From NCBI GenBank assembly GCA_023259115.1, contig JAHFQW010000005.1:2091-66090 (forward strand): a DNA stretch of 64,000 nt, in the 5' to 3' direction. This document shows positions 26,892 through 35,794 of the stretch, one piece after another; position 1 is the first letter of the stretch; the number at the start of each line of letters is the position of its first letter. This DNA comes from an archaeon (GTDB lineage: Archaea; Nanobdellota; Nanobdellia; Woesearchaeales; GW2011-AR9). The notes under the pieces were generated by a model. That model was not told the DNA's origin and did not search any database. It worked only from the letters and a program-made list of their open reading frames with translations. A program made the position numbers and the translations under genes.

Positions 26892-27611
26892 TTGATACGT
26901 AGAAAACGGAGGTCTAACTTAAAACTAAACGTGAATCAAGATACAGGTTATCGCAGTTTGATTAATGTCTATAATTGTGATAGACAAAAATTGGCAAAAG
27001 TTGGTGCGGTGCAAGAGGGGCTAGAATATGCACTGCATGAACTGAGGCCTGTGGCAAAAGATTTTTTCTATCAGTTTTCTCCTCAAGGAGTTACAGGATT
27101 GTCTTTGTGGAGAGAAGGACATTTTAGCATCCACACTTGGCCGGAGCGAGGGATGGCAGCGATTGATGTGGTGGGGTATCCTTATTGTGCTAAAAATTTA
27201 TTGAGGCGGTTGCAGGATGTTTTTCCAGCATATTATGCTCCAGTGCAGAGTACACGGGCAGTGAAGAAGGGAACGCCAAGGGTTGGTCAAGAGGTGTATG
27301 GTTCTTTAGGGGCGATTAAGCAGAATAGACAATTGGAGGATGAACGTGCGCTTTTGGATTTGCTGAAGACGATTTCTCATAGCGCACATTTTAAAGTGAT
27401 TGGCGAGGTGGCGCGCAGTGATGAAGAGATTATAGATGCCGCAGTGATATTGTCGGAATCTCATTTTAGTGTGCATTATACGCGCAAACGCAGAGAGATG
27501 ATGGTTGATATATTTACGTGTGGAAAAGAAGGAGATCCGCAGAGAGGCTATGATTTGCTGCAGTCAGAAATTAAAGCAGAGAAGTCGCAACGGGTGTATG
27601 TGAGAAGGTAG
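26892..27611 (+). CDS. tandem-duplicated S-adenosylmethionine decarboxylase-like (pyruvoyl-enzyme-fold) protein
   Basis: Domain 1 has REGHFSIHTWPERGMAAIDV. Domain 2 has ILSESHFSVHYTRKRREMMVDIFTCG. Compare the class 1 AdoMetDC consensus SESH..IHTWPE.......D.FTCG. The start codon is uncertain (TTG 26892). Confidence 0.65.
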   Translation: MIRRKRRSNLKLNVNQDTGYRSLINVYNCDRQKLAKVGAVQEGLEYALHELRPVAKDFFYQFSPQGVTGLSLWREGHFSIHTWPERGMAAIDVVGYPYCAKNLLRRLQDVFPAYYAPVQSTRAVKKGTPRVGQEVYGSLGAIKQNRQLEDERALLDLLKTISHSAHFKVIGEVARSDEEIIDAAVILSESHFSVHYTRKRREMMVDIFTCGKEGDPQRGYDLLQSEIKAEKSQRVYVRR

Positions 27612-27668
27612 TTTAGGTGAAAGAGTCAATTTTGATATAGTTGACAGTGTTCTAGAAATGGTGATTTT

Positions 27669-28766
27669 TTATTTCACGTGAAGTTCTAATATATCGCCAT
27701 CAACTAATTTATGATGAAGCATGAGACGTTGACCGGGGAATTTGGTGGATTTGCCCCAAACGCGGGCAAAGCGAAATTTTGAGACAAATTCTTTATGTAG
27801 TTTGTGACAGATGTCTTGGATTGTGGCGTTTTTGAAGATGATAAGAGGTTCGTTCATGTCGGCTTCTTTACCTGGTTCTTTCATGTAGATGCGAATGAAG
27901 TTTAATTTTTCAAAGATGAGGTCTTTGAGCTGCGTTATATTGGTGTCGAGTTCACAGGAAACGGCAATATCAGCATGTAATTCGTGCATGAGTTTTTGGA
28001 GTTCTTGAGGTGAGACGAGATCGGCTTTACTTAGACACGTGATGGAGGGCACGTATTTTTTGTTGCCTTCGATGACATCAATTAATTCGTCAATGTCGAT
28101 GGCGGTGCGGATAAGGACGTTGGCGCTGTTTATTTTGAATTCACAGAGAACTTTCTTGATGGTTTCGTCGTCTATATTGAGGGGAACGGTTTTACCTATT
28201 TGAATGCCACCTTTGGCGGTTTTTTTGATATACACTTCCGGTTTGGTTCTATTTAGACGAATGTCGGATTCGCGGACTTCTTTGAGGATGGCTTGGTGGT
28301 GCTCGGGATGGGTGGCGTCAATGACGATTAAGACTAAATCGGAGTTGCGTACAACAGTTAAGACTTCTTTTCCTCGGCCACGGCCAGATGCGGCGCCAGA
28401 GACAATACCGGGAACATCGAGAATTTGAATTTTTGCTTGCTTGTGTTCCATGACGCCGGGAATGACGGTGAGAGTGGTGAAGGCATAGGCAGCGACTTCG
28501 GATTTTGCACCGGTGAGTTTGTTGAGAAGAGTGGATTTACCCGTTGATGGAAAACCAAGAAGCAGAACGGTGGCATCGCCGGATTTACGAACGGTATACC
28601 CATAGTCAGATTTGCCGGTTTTTTGTTGAGAACGAGTGACCTGCTTTTCTTTGAGCATGGCTAGTTTTGCTTTGACTAACCCTATGTGGCCTTCGGTGGC
28701 TTTGTTGTACTTGGTTTTTTTTATCTCTGCTTCGAGTTCTTTGATTTGACTGTTATAATCAACCAT
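27669..28766 (-). CDS. DRG-family (Obg-like) GTPase with a C-terminal TGS domain
   Basis: G1 motif GFPSTGKST, G2 motif YAFTTL, G3 motif DVPG, and a C-terminal TGS-like region ending DGDILELHV. Confidence 0.85.
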   Translation of the reverse strand: MVDYNSQIKELEAEIKKTKYNKATEGHIGLVKAKLAMLKEKQVTRSQQKTGKSDYGYTVRKSGDATVLLLGFPSTGKSTLLNKLTGAKSEVAAYAFTTLTVIPGVMEHKQAKIQILDVPGIVSGAASGRGRGKEVLTVVRNSDLVLIVIDATHPEHHQAILKEVRESDIRLNRTKPEVYIKKTAKGGIQIGKTVPLNIDDETIKKVLCEFKINSANVLIRTAIDIDELIDVIEGNKKYVPSITCLSKADLVSPQELQKLMHELHADIAVSCELDTNITQLKDLIFEKLNFIRIYMKEPGKEADMNEPLIIFKNATIQDICHKLHKEFVSKFRFARVWGKSTKFPGQRLMLHHKLVDGDILELHVK

Positions 28767-28916
28767 TGTGAGAATAGGATGAGGAGTGGTTTTTAATGGT
28801 TTCTGAATGGAAATTACAAATGAATGGCACGGTATGGGGGAGAAGGATTAATAAAATAAGGAGAAGTTATCTTTAAATTAAGCGTAGATTTTATAAATCA
28901 TGAAAAAAGAGACTCA

Positions 28917-29468
28917 ATGATGAATAGTCAATTATTAGGAATGGCGGAGTCTTATCTTAATACACTTATTATTGGAGTGGTTATTTTGTTGGCAGGGTTT
29001 ACACTGGGGATTCTTGCACGAAAGTTTTTGTATCGAGTGCTCAAAGAAATTGAGTTGAATGCGATTATTAAAAAAATGGGTTTGCTCTATGATGTGGAGA
29101 GAGGAATTAGTTCTTTGGCAGCGTATTTGATTTATTTGATTACAATTGTTTGGTTTCTAGAGCTTTTGAATATTACGTCAGTGGTGCTTTATTTGGTGGT
29201 TGGAGCGATTTTGATGCTGGTGATTCTGACGTGTATTGTGGGACTCAAAGATGTGATCCCAAATTTAGTGGCGTGGATGGTTATTCAGAAAAAGCAGCAC
29301 ATTGTAGAGGGTAAAAAAGTGGAGATTCGAGAGATATCAGGGGTGGTGGAAAAAGTAGGATATCTAGAAACGGAGATTCGTACAGAAGAAGATGATGTGT
29401 TATATATTCCTAATTCGCTGTTTTTGAAGTCGAAGTATAAGATGACGGAACAGAGAAGACGTTCTTGA
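28917..29468 (+). CDS. small MscS-like mechanosensitive channel-family protein
   Basis: Three TM helices, then GKKVEIREISGVVEKVGYLETEIRTEEDDVLYIPNSLF, which resembles the MscS beta-domain pattern. Confidence 0.5.
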   Translation: MMNSQLLGMAESYLNTLIIGVVILLAGFTLGILARKFLYRVLKEIELNAIIKKMGLLYDVERGISSLAAYLIYLITIVWFLELLNITSVVLYLVVGAILMLVILTCIVGLKDVIPNLVAWMVIQKKQHIVEGKKVEIREISGVVEKVGYLETEIRTEEDDVLYIPNSLFLKSKYKMTEQRRRS

Positions 29469-29500
29469 TGAGTTTTATTTTGATTGTTTAATTGGTTTAG

Positions 29501-29545
29501 AGAAATTTGAATGTTGATGAAAAACGAGGTTATTCAAACTCCTCT
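29501..29545. repeat. degenerate copy of the dispersed hairpin element
   Basis: AGAAATTTGAAT-gttgatgaaaaacgaggtt-ATTCAAACTCCTCT. The loop and arms resemble hairpin 4 of the array (1960-2000). Confidence 0.6.
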
Positions 29546-29573
29546 TTAGATTATTAAATGGGAGGGTTGAGAG

Positions 29574-29810
29574 TTATTCTTGAGGCAGACTTTCTAGTAA
29601 ACTGACAATATCCCAAATCTGGGTGCGATGATACGAAGAGAGATCTTGAGAATTGAGTTCTTCGAGAGCGAAGAGGGCTTTTTGCACGCACAGAGGAGAA
29701 TTGCTTTGGAGAAGAGTGAGAATTTGAGAAGATTTTTCTTTTACGCGCTTGTTGATGTCGGGATCTTGCTCTAAGTTGTTGAGCAAAGTGATAGCGTCGT
29801 TGAGTGTCAT
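29574..29810 (-). CDS. UPF0147-family small archaeal protein
   Basis: 78 aa. DPDINKRVKEKSSQILTLL...ALFALEELNSQDLSSYHRTQIWDIVSLLES fits the UPF0147 pattern. The gene overlaps the prefoldin gene by 4 nt. Confidence 0.55.
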   Translation of the reverse strand: MTLNDAITLLNNLEQDPDINKRVKEKSSQILTLLQSNSPLCVQKALFALEELNSQDLSSYHRTQIWDIVSLLESLPQE

Positions 29811-30127
29811 TTTTTAGAGGATTTGAAGTCGGTGACGACGTCGGTTTGGAGGGATTCGAGATTCTTTTTGAGGAGAATTTCTTGTTTTTCGAAATTTTTC
29901 AGACGTAATTGAAGTATTTCTTTTTTGTTGGATAATTCGGTGGTGAGTTGATCTTTAGGGGTGAGAAGCATGATTTTGCCGAGAATTTTATAGGATTTTT
30001 CAGAAGTGGCAAGTTCGCTCAAGGCTGATTCGATTTCGGTTAGCTGGCTTTCAAATTGTTGTTTCTGCAAGGATATATTTTGTAGATTTTGCTGGATGAG
30101 CTGCAACTGATTTATTTTTGTGGACAT
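29807..30127 (-). CDS. pfdB: prefoldin beta subunit
   Basis: 106-aa coiled-coil / beta-hairpin / coiled-coil layout (YKILGKIMLLTPKD in the centre), in the conserved eL43-RpoP-PfdB neighbourhood. Confidence 0.75.
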   Translation of the reverse strand: MSTKINQLQLIQQNLQNISLQKQQFESQLTEIESALSELATSEKSYKILGKIMLLTPKDQLTTELSNKKEILQLRLKNFEKQEILLKKNLESLQTDVVTDFKSSKK

Positions 30128-30154
30128 GATTTAAAGATATAATTTAAAAAAAGA

Positions 30155-30289
30155 TTATCGCGCTTTGATTTTAGCGACGGTGCGGCGATCTTTGTAGAGA
30201 ATTTTTCCACCGCAGTACGGACAGCGAACTTTGGTCTTGGTGTATTCATCTTCTACACGCTTTCCACAATCAAAACAGATATAATACAT
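30155..30289 (-). CDS. rpoP: DNA-directed RNA polymerase subunit P (Rpo12)
   Basis: MYYICFDCGKRVEDEYTKTKVRCPYCGGKILYKDR is a CxxC...CxxC zinc ribbon, 44 aa long. The track ORF was trimmed to the ATG at 30289. Confidence 0.8.
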   Translation of the reverse strand: MYYICFDCGKRVEDEYTKTKVRCPYCGGKILYKDRRTVAKIKAR

Positions 30290-30296
30290 GAGGCAC

Positions 30297-30500
30297 CTAT
30301 ACGGGCGTATACGCTTTTCCGGTAAATTTAGTTTGGCATTTGCTGCATTGCCAGATACCAAGCGCTACGCGTTTTACATTAGAGTTGTTACAATAAGGAC
30401 ATTTATGTTTTGAACGTTGGATTTTTTCAATGGCGGCGAATTTTGCTCGAGGTTTTCGCCCATAGCGAGCACCGAAGCGTTTTGTGGTATTTCCTTTCAT
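30297..30500 (-). CDS. rpl37ae: 50S ribosomal protein L37Ae (eL43)
   Basis: TKRFGARYGRKPR...KHKCPYCNNSNVKRVALGIWQCSKCQTKFTGKAY. Confidence 0.9.
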   Translation of the reverse strand: MKGNTTKRFGARYGRKPRAKFAAIEKIQRSKHKCPYCNNSNVKRVALGIWQCSKCQTKFTGKAYTPV

Positions 30501-30540
30501 GTTGAATTCCGAGTTTTTGTGTTTAAATCGATTTTTTAAG

Positions 30541-30640
30541 TGGGATGGGGGCTTACCCGGATTCTCACGGGTCGAGTCACTTCGCTTATGCTTGTTCGTG
30601 ACCCGGTTCTCATCTGGATATCAAACAAGCTCTTTTTGAA
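30541..30640 (-). other. tRNA-3'-half-like remnant preceded by a 9-bp hairpin; not a complete tRNA
   Basis: The minus strand reads GACCCGTGAGAATCCGGGTAAGCCCCCATCC, which resembles the tRNA-Pro 3' end AACCCCGGTTCGAATCCGGGCAGCCCCATCC. The T-loop is degenerate (TGAGAAT) and no matching 5' acceptor strand is present. An upstream hairpin is GCTTGTTTG...CGAACAAGC. Confidence 0.4.
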
Positions 30641-30645
30641 TAGGA

Positions 30646-30772
30646 TGGGGCTGCCCGGATTCGAACCGGGGTTCAATGGTTTTTTTGTATTTTTTCGGTC
30701 ATCGCCAAAAAGCTCACCCAAACCATTAGTGATAGTTGCCTCACAGTTGTGACCAGGCTACACTACAGCCCC
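30646..30772 (-). tRNA. tRNA-Pro (UGG, or GGG in the alternative register), with an anticodon-loop intron and a second insert next to the D arm
   Basis: Read on the minus strand. Acceptor GGGGCTG pairs with CAGCCCC, followed by A. D region: GTGTAGCCTGGTCAC. T arm: CCCGG-TTCGAAT-CCGGG. Anticodon stem AATGG pairs with CCATT, and the loop TTTGGG..A is interrupted by about 36 nt (about 30681-30716). An extra 20 nt or so (AACTGTGAGGCAACTATCAC) lies between the D stem and the anticodon stem. Confidence 0.7.
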
Positions 30773-30909
30773 TGTAGTTTATTTATAAATGTTTTGATGA
30801 AAATGAGGGTTCTTTTTAAAAGTTTGGGAAAAGTTTAAAGATGTTTGGAAATGTTTGATTTGTTGAACAAATAGGTGGGATAGGATGTTAGGGAGATATT
30901 TTGGAAATG

Positions 30910-31941
30910 TTAATGGATAATTATTAGGTGTTTGGGAAATTGCGTGAGGATGTGGGTTTTTTTGTCCCAATATAATGTGTCTTCAATTCTGATGCCAAGT
31001 CTATTTTTGAGATAGATGCCTGGCTCGATGGTGAAGGGAATGTTAGGTTGGATGGTGAGTTTTGGGAGAAATGAAGGGGATTCGTGAATCTCTAATCCAA
31101 GGCCGTGACCAAGAGAGTGGATGAAGTATTTGCTGTATTTTCCAAGCGTTTTACGAGCGGTTTTATCGAGGTCTGTTAGAAGAGTATGGGGAGAGATGGC
31201 GTTAATGGCGTCTTGTTGGGATTGTTGCAGAAGTGTGTAGAGTTGATGTTCTTGGGTTGAGGGGGTGCCAAGATAGATGGTACGAGAGATGTCGGCGCAA
31301 TAGTGGTTGTACGAGGCACCAAAGTCGAAGAGGAGGAAGCCGGATTTGAGTGGAGCGAGTGAAGTGGCATGGTGGGGTGTGGCAGCGTTGGCACCCATGG
31401 CAATGATGGTTGGAAATGCGATGTCGCCACCTTGTTCGCGTATCTTTTTTTCGATGAAGAGGGCGACGTCTTGTTCGGTTTTGAGAGTGTGTTTTTTGAG
31501 TTCGAGGAGGGTTTGTTTGAGAGCGTGAGTGGAGATGTCACAGGCTTTTTTGAGGTAGAGTAGTTCTTTGGGAGTTTTGGTTGTGCGAAGTTCTTTGAGA
31601 TAGGGGGAGAGATCGTGAACTTTGGCTTTAGGGAAGAGGGATTTAAGACGATCAAATGAGGAGAGAGTGAGGGATTCTTTGTTTATGGCAATGGTTTTTA
31701 TGTGCGAGGGAGAGAGGGCTTTTTCCCAGTTTTTTTTGAGAAGTTTTTTGGTGATGTGGGGAATAGCAGGAGGGGTGTCGAGTTGGGTGTGGTAGAGGAT
31801 GGCTTTTTTAGGAGTAATTATGAGGTAGCCATAGGAGAGTTTTTGCTGTGAGAAATAAGTGATATTGATGTCGGGGTGGACGAGGATAGCGAGATCTATG
31901 TGGTGCTCTTGGAGGTAGGATTGCAGAGCGGGGAGTTTCAT
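30910..31941 (-). CDS. Xaa-Pro aminopeptidase / M24B-family metallopeptidase
   Basis: The YCADISRT, HSLGHGLGLEIHE and IEPGIY motifs indicate the pita-bread fold. The start was trimmed to the ATG at 31941. Confidence 0.8.
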   Translation of the reverse strand: MKLPALQSYLQEHHIDLAILVHPDINITYFSQQKLSYGYLIITPKKAILYHTQLDTPPAIPHITKKLLKKNWEKALSPSHIKTIAINKESLTLSSFDRLKSLFPKAKVHDLSPYLKELRTTKTPKELLYLKKACDISTHALKQTLLELKKHTLKTEQDVALFIEKKIREQGGDIAFPTIIAMGANAATPHHATSLAPLKSGFLLFDFGASYNHYCADISRTIYLGTPSTQEHQLYTLLQQSQQDAINAISPHTLLTDLDKTARKTLGKYSKYFIHSLGHGLGLEIHESPSFLPKLTIQPNIPFTIEPGIYLKNRLGIRIEDTLYWDKKTHILTQFPKHLIIIH

Positions 31942-32061
31942 GGAGGGAGGAAGGAGAAAGGGGTTTAAAAATGGTTCGATTTGGGATCTAGGGGGTATAC
32001 GTATCTGGTGTTCAAAATAGCTATTCAAAACTATTATAAACCCCAAAAATATGCCTATGCT

Positions 32062-33264
32062 ATGCAAAAAGTGGTGTTTAAGAATGGATTAACGGTACTC
32101 TTTGAGCGTAAGCAGGGTAATGCAGTGGTTGTGGAAGTGATGGTGAATGTGGGGAGTAATGATGAGATTGCCAGTGAGCGGGGAATTGCGCATTTTCTAG
32201 AGCATTTGTTGTTTGAGGGGACGAAAAGAAGAGCGACGAATAAGGAGATTTCCAATGAGATTGAAAAAATTGGAGGAGAGTTTAATGCGTATACCACGAA
32301 TGAGCGAACGTGTTTTTATGTGAAAGTGGTTAAGAAGCATTTTGAGAGAGGGGTGGATGTATTGAGTGATATTTTACAATTTCCGTTATTTGATCCAAAG
32401 CATATTGCCAAGGAGAAAAATATTGTACTCAAAGAGATTGATATGGTGAATGATGAACCACGATTTTATCAGTGGATTTTATTGCAGAAGAGTTTGTTTT
32501 TAGGTCATCCGGCAGGCAATCCGACGTATGGGGATAAGAGGATTATCAAGAGCCTTACACGAGAGAAGATTGTGAATTATTTTGAGAAGTATTATCGTCC
32601 AGGGAATATGATTGTGTCAATAGTTGGGGATGTGAATAATTGGAAGAGCGAGGTTGCGAAGTGGTTTGTCCAACCAAAGAGAGCAGTATTGCCTAAGAAA
32701 GTATTTAGTCATAGGATGCTGCGTAAGAGTATTGTGAAAAAAGAGAAGAGGAGAGTTGCGAATACGTATGCGGTGTTGGGATTTAAGACGGTAGCTCAGG
32801 GGCATAGAGATGCGTATGTGCTAGAAGTGATTAATGGGATTCTAGGTCGAGGACAGAGCGGTCGGATGTTTACAGAGATTCGCAGCAATAGGGGTTTGGC
32901 GTATGATGTGGGAACGCAGCATATTGCAGAAGTGACGTTTGGATATTTTGCAGTGTATGCAACAATTGATAGGAAGAATGTGAATTTGGTTCGTGATGTG
33001 ATTTTAGAGGAGATGGATAAGCTGAAGAATGTGAGTTTAGCGGATGTGCAGGAAGCAAAAGATTTTATTGAGGGAGATTATTTATTAGATTTAGAGGAGA
33101 CGCAGAAGATTGCGGATCAGTTGTTATTTTGGCAGCAGGTGGGACGAGCGGAGATGATGCGGGAATATATTGCAAATATTAAGAAAGTAACAGCACAGGA
33201 TATTAGGCGAGTAGTTGAGCGTTATTTTACGAAGCATGCGTTAGTAGTGCTGGAAGGAAAGTGA
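32062..33264 (+). CDS. M16-family (pitrilysin-like) zinc peptidase
   Basis: Inverted zinc motif HFLEH in GIAHFLEHLLFEGT. The start was trimmed to the ATG at 32062. Confidence 0.8.
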   Translation: MQKVVFKNGLTVLFERKQGNAVVVEVMVNVGSNDEIASERGIAHFLEHLLFEGTKRRATNKEISNEIEKIGGEFNAYTTNERTCFYVKVVKKHFERGVDVLSDILQFPLFDPKHIAKEKNIVLKEIDMVNDEPRFYQWILLQKSLFLGHPAGNPTYGDKRIIKSLTREKIVNYFEKYYRPGNMIVSIVGDVNNWKSEVAKWFVQPKRAVLPKKVFSHRMLRKSIVKKEKRRVANTYAVLGFKTVAQGHRDAYVLEVINGILGRGQSGRMFTEIRSNRGLAYDVGTQHIAEVTFGYFAVYATIDRKNVNLVRDVILEEMDKLKNVSLADVQEAKDFIEGDYLLDLEETQKIADQLLFWQQVGRAEMMREYIANIKKVTAQDIRRVVERYFTKHALVVLEGK

Positions 33265-33405
33265 ATATGCTTGAGATATTTCTTTTTGTAGTGGTGTTTG
33301 TTGTTATTTGTGCGCTGAAATTGTTGTTTTTCTAGATATGTGTCCTAGAAAAGAGTATAATTTTATTCCAACAAAAATATAAACTATTTCAGGTTTGAGT
33401 GGGTT

Positions 33406-33972
33406 ATGAAGATCATTTTGGCTTCGCAATCGCCGTTTCGCAAACACGCTTTGGACATTTTAGGTTTGGAGTATCAAACGGTAGATAGTAGAGTTGATGA
33501 GCGTTTGATTCAACATGCTGATCCTTCTGAACTGGCGCAATTGCTTTCCAAATCGAAGGCGATGGTGGTAGCAGGAGATTATACGAATGCGATAATTATT
33601 GCGGCGGATTTGTTTGTTGTGTGTGATACAACCATAATTCAAAAGCCAAAAGATGAAGAGCAAGCACGAGAGATGTTGCATTTTTTTTCAGGAAAGATGT
33701 TGGAGATTGTGACGGGGCTCGCGATGTATAATACGATTACAAAAAAGATGCTTTCTACAACAGAGAGATGCAAGGTGCGATTTAGGGAACTATCGGATTT
33801 TGAGATTGGAGATTATGTTAAGAGATTTCCAGTGCTGCAATGTGCGGGGGCTTTTGAAGCGGATGGGTTGCTGCGATTTGCAGATTATATTGAAGGAAAT
33901 TATAATTTTAAAACGGCAGTTCCTATGAATAAATTGATTTTATTTCTGCGAGAAAATGGAGTGGAAGTGTGA
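33406..33972 (+). CDS. maf: Maf-like nucleoside triphosphate pyrophosphatase
   Basis: IILASQSPFRKHALDILGLEYQTVDSRVDE matches the Maf N-terminal signature. Confidence 0.8.
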   Translation: MKIILASQSPFRKHALDILGLEYQTVDSRVDERLIQHADPSELAQLLSKSKAMVVAGDYTNAIIIAADLFVVCDTTIIQKPKDEEQAREMLHFFSGKMLEIVTGLAMYNTITKKMLSTTERCKVRFRELSDFEIGDYVKRFPVLQCAGAFEADGLLRFADYIEGNYNFKTAVPMNKLILFLRENGVEV

Positions 33973-33989
33973 GAAAGTAGAGAGAAAAT

Positions 33990-35030
33990 TTATTGATATG
34001 CGTCTTTTGATAACTTTTCTAAGTGTTCTTTGTTTTTCTGGAAGGGTTCGAGTAAGAGGCTGATTTCTTTGGCAACGGCTATTTTGAGATCGAGAGGGTG
34101 AAGTGATTTTTGGATATAGGAGGATTCGATTTCGTCATACGTTTTGAATGTGAGGTTGCCACCCCATTTTTCGGGACGTTCGATGATGAATGATTGATGG
34201 TTATCTTGTTTAATAGGCATGATGACTTGTTTTAAGAAGGCAAGTACGCCATTGTCTTCAACGATGCCTTCTTCGGCGTAGGCACTCTTGAGTTTATCTT
34301 GCACGGTTTTAGGATTGTCTAAGAGGTCAATTTTTGATTTGGGGTCAGAGGCGGACATTTTTTTGCCAATGAGTCCGGGAATGAGAGGAGTCATGATTTC
34401 GATTCGTGGTTTGTAGCCAAGAGAGGCGTGATTTTCGCGTGCGAACATTAAGATTTTGCGTTGATCTATGCCGCCATATTGGATATCAACATCGAGGTAC
34501 TGTTCATCGAGGGCTTGCATGAGAGGGTAGAGAAGACCTGAGAGTTTAGGGTTGTCGCCAAATTTTACCACTTCTGATGCGGCTTTTTTGGCATCGTGAA
34601 CCGAGGTAAATGTCGCAAGTTTTAGCATATCTAAAATATAGTCTTTACTGAGTTGATAACTGGATCCTTTGATGAGTTCGATGTTTTTGGTATCGGCGCC
34701 TAGGACTGTGAACATTAAAGGGATAACGGCGCTGTAGTAGTTGTAGCGTTTTTCTAAGACGTCCCAGGGGCAGTTGTCTAAGGCACCGTGGAGGTCAGCG
34801 AGAAGAACTTTGACTTTAAAGCCGGCTTGTAGGAAGTCTTTCATTTTGAGCACCCAGACAAAGTAGCCAATATGCGGACGGCCGGTAATGGCAGTGCCAA
34901 GGTACACAGAAGGATTTGATTTGGTTTTGAGAAGAGTAATGAGTTCTGGTTCTGTGACTATTTCTTGGGTGTTGCGAGCGATTAATTGGAATTTTTGTTC
35001 AGGAGTCAATGAAGAAGAGTTTTTGGTCAT
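33990..35030 (-). CDS. tyrS: tyrosyl-tRNA synthetase, archaeal type
   Basis: HIGH-like GRPHIGY and KMSKS-like KKMSAS. LLADLHGALDN, GGIDQRKILMFARE and RPEKWGGNLTF align closely with archaeal TyrRS. Confidence 0.88.
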   Translation of the reverse strand: MTKNSSSLTPEQKFQLIARNTQEIVTEPELITLLKTKSNPSVYLGTAITGRPHIGYFVWVLKMKDFLQAGFKVKVLLADLHGALDNCPWDVLEKRYNYYSAVIPLMFTVLGADTKNIELIKGSSYQLSKDYILDMLKLATFTSVHDAKKAASEVVKFGDNPKLSGLLYPLMQALDEQYLDVDIQYGGIDQRKILMFARENHASLGYKPRIEIMTPLIPGLIGKKMSASDPKSKIDLLDNPKTVQDKLKSAYAEEGIVEDNGVLAFLKQVIMPIKQDNHQSFIIERPEKWGGNLTFKTYDEIESSYIQKSLHPLDLKIAVAKEISLLLEPFQKNKEHLEKLSKDAYQ

Positions 35031-35132
35031 GTGAGTGGTTGAGAGGGGAGGGGTTTTATAAATATTTGGGCTTGGAACAATAAGAAAAAGGATAGAGTAA
35101 AGTATATATAGAAAACGTGTTCTAGAGGAGAT

Positions 35133-35765
35133 ATGATAAAAGTGTTGTTATTTGATTTTTGGGGAACGTTAGTTGAGACGGGTGTGTATAGTCCAACTAA
35201 ACAGGTGCAGGATATGTTACGGGTACATATGCCTTTTGGGCAGTATGTGGTGAAAATGGAGAGAGCGATGATGACGCAGAAGTTTGATTCGTTGCGTGAG
35301 GCGTTTTTGGCAGTGGGAGAGACATTTGGCATGCGAGTGCATGGGGAAGTGATGGAGCAGTTGATTGGGTTGTGGAACAAATCATGGATGTTGGCTCGGC
35401 CATATGAGGAGATTGAGGAAATGTTAGGTGAGCTGCAGAAAAAATATAGATTAGTGTTGGTGTCAAATTCAGATGTGTTTTCAGTTCCTAAAGTGGTTGA
35501 GAAATATGGGTTAGGAAAATATTTTGAGAAGCAATTTTGGAGTTATGAGATGGGCAAAATTAAGACGGACGAGGAATTTATGCAGGCAGTGTTGCGAGAG
35601 TTGAATGTTGATGTGCAGGATTGTGTATTTATTGGGGATAGTTTGCATAGTGATATGGCGGTGGCAACACGCGCGGGGATGCGAGGGATTTTGATGGATA
35701 GAAAGAGTGGACGGGAGTATAGCCCTAAAGTGAAGTCGCTGCGGGAATTGCAAGCACAACTCTAA
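35133..35765 (+). CDS. HAD-superfamily hydrolase (haloacid-dehalogenase-like subfamily)
   Basis: Motif I LLFDFWGTL, motif II LVSNS, motif IV FIGDSLHSDM. Confidence 0.7.
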   Translation: MIKVLLFDFWGTLVETGVYSPTKQVQDMLRVHMPFGQYVVKMERAMMTQKFDSLREAFLAVGETFGMRVHGEVMEQLIGLWNKSWMLARPYEEIEEMLGELQKKYRLVLVSNSDVFSVPKVVEKYGLGKYFEKQFWSYEMGKIKTDEEFMQAVLRELNVDVQDCVFIGDSLHSDMAVATRAGMRGILMDRKSGREYSPKVKSLRELQAQL

Positions 35766-35794
35766 AGATTGCAGTCTGCTAGGAGAGTTATTAT

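Noticed and set aside
30541-30640. A second functional tRNA gene next to tRNA-Pro
   Set aside because: No 5' acceptor strand complementary to AAGCCCCC is present, the T-loop lacks the conserved TTC, and no D or anticodon arms can be drawn. It is kept only as a remnant or oddity.
30782-30789. TTTATAAA upstream of tRNA-Pro as its TATA box
   Set aside because: It ends only about 9 nt before the mature 5' end, too close for the usual spacing of about 25 nt. The promoter position is left unresolved.
30910-32067. Long N-terminal extensions of track ORFs: 30910..32067, 31981..33264, 21944..22456, 16412..16990, 24600..26786 and 30155..30361
   Set aside because: The extensions would make divergent or adjacent genes overlap heavily, and they add non-homologous residues before well-known N-termini (MCGIIG, MKLPALQ, MQKVVFKNG, MYYICFDCG). 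The starts were trimmed to internal ATGs.
33267-33335. 22-codon hydrophobic mini-ORF (MLEIFLFVVVFVVICALKLLFF) just after the M16 peptidase gene
   Set aside because: It is too short, and there is no supporting motif or conservation evidence available.
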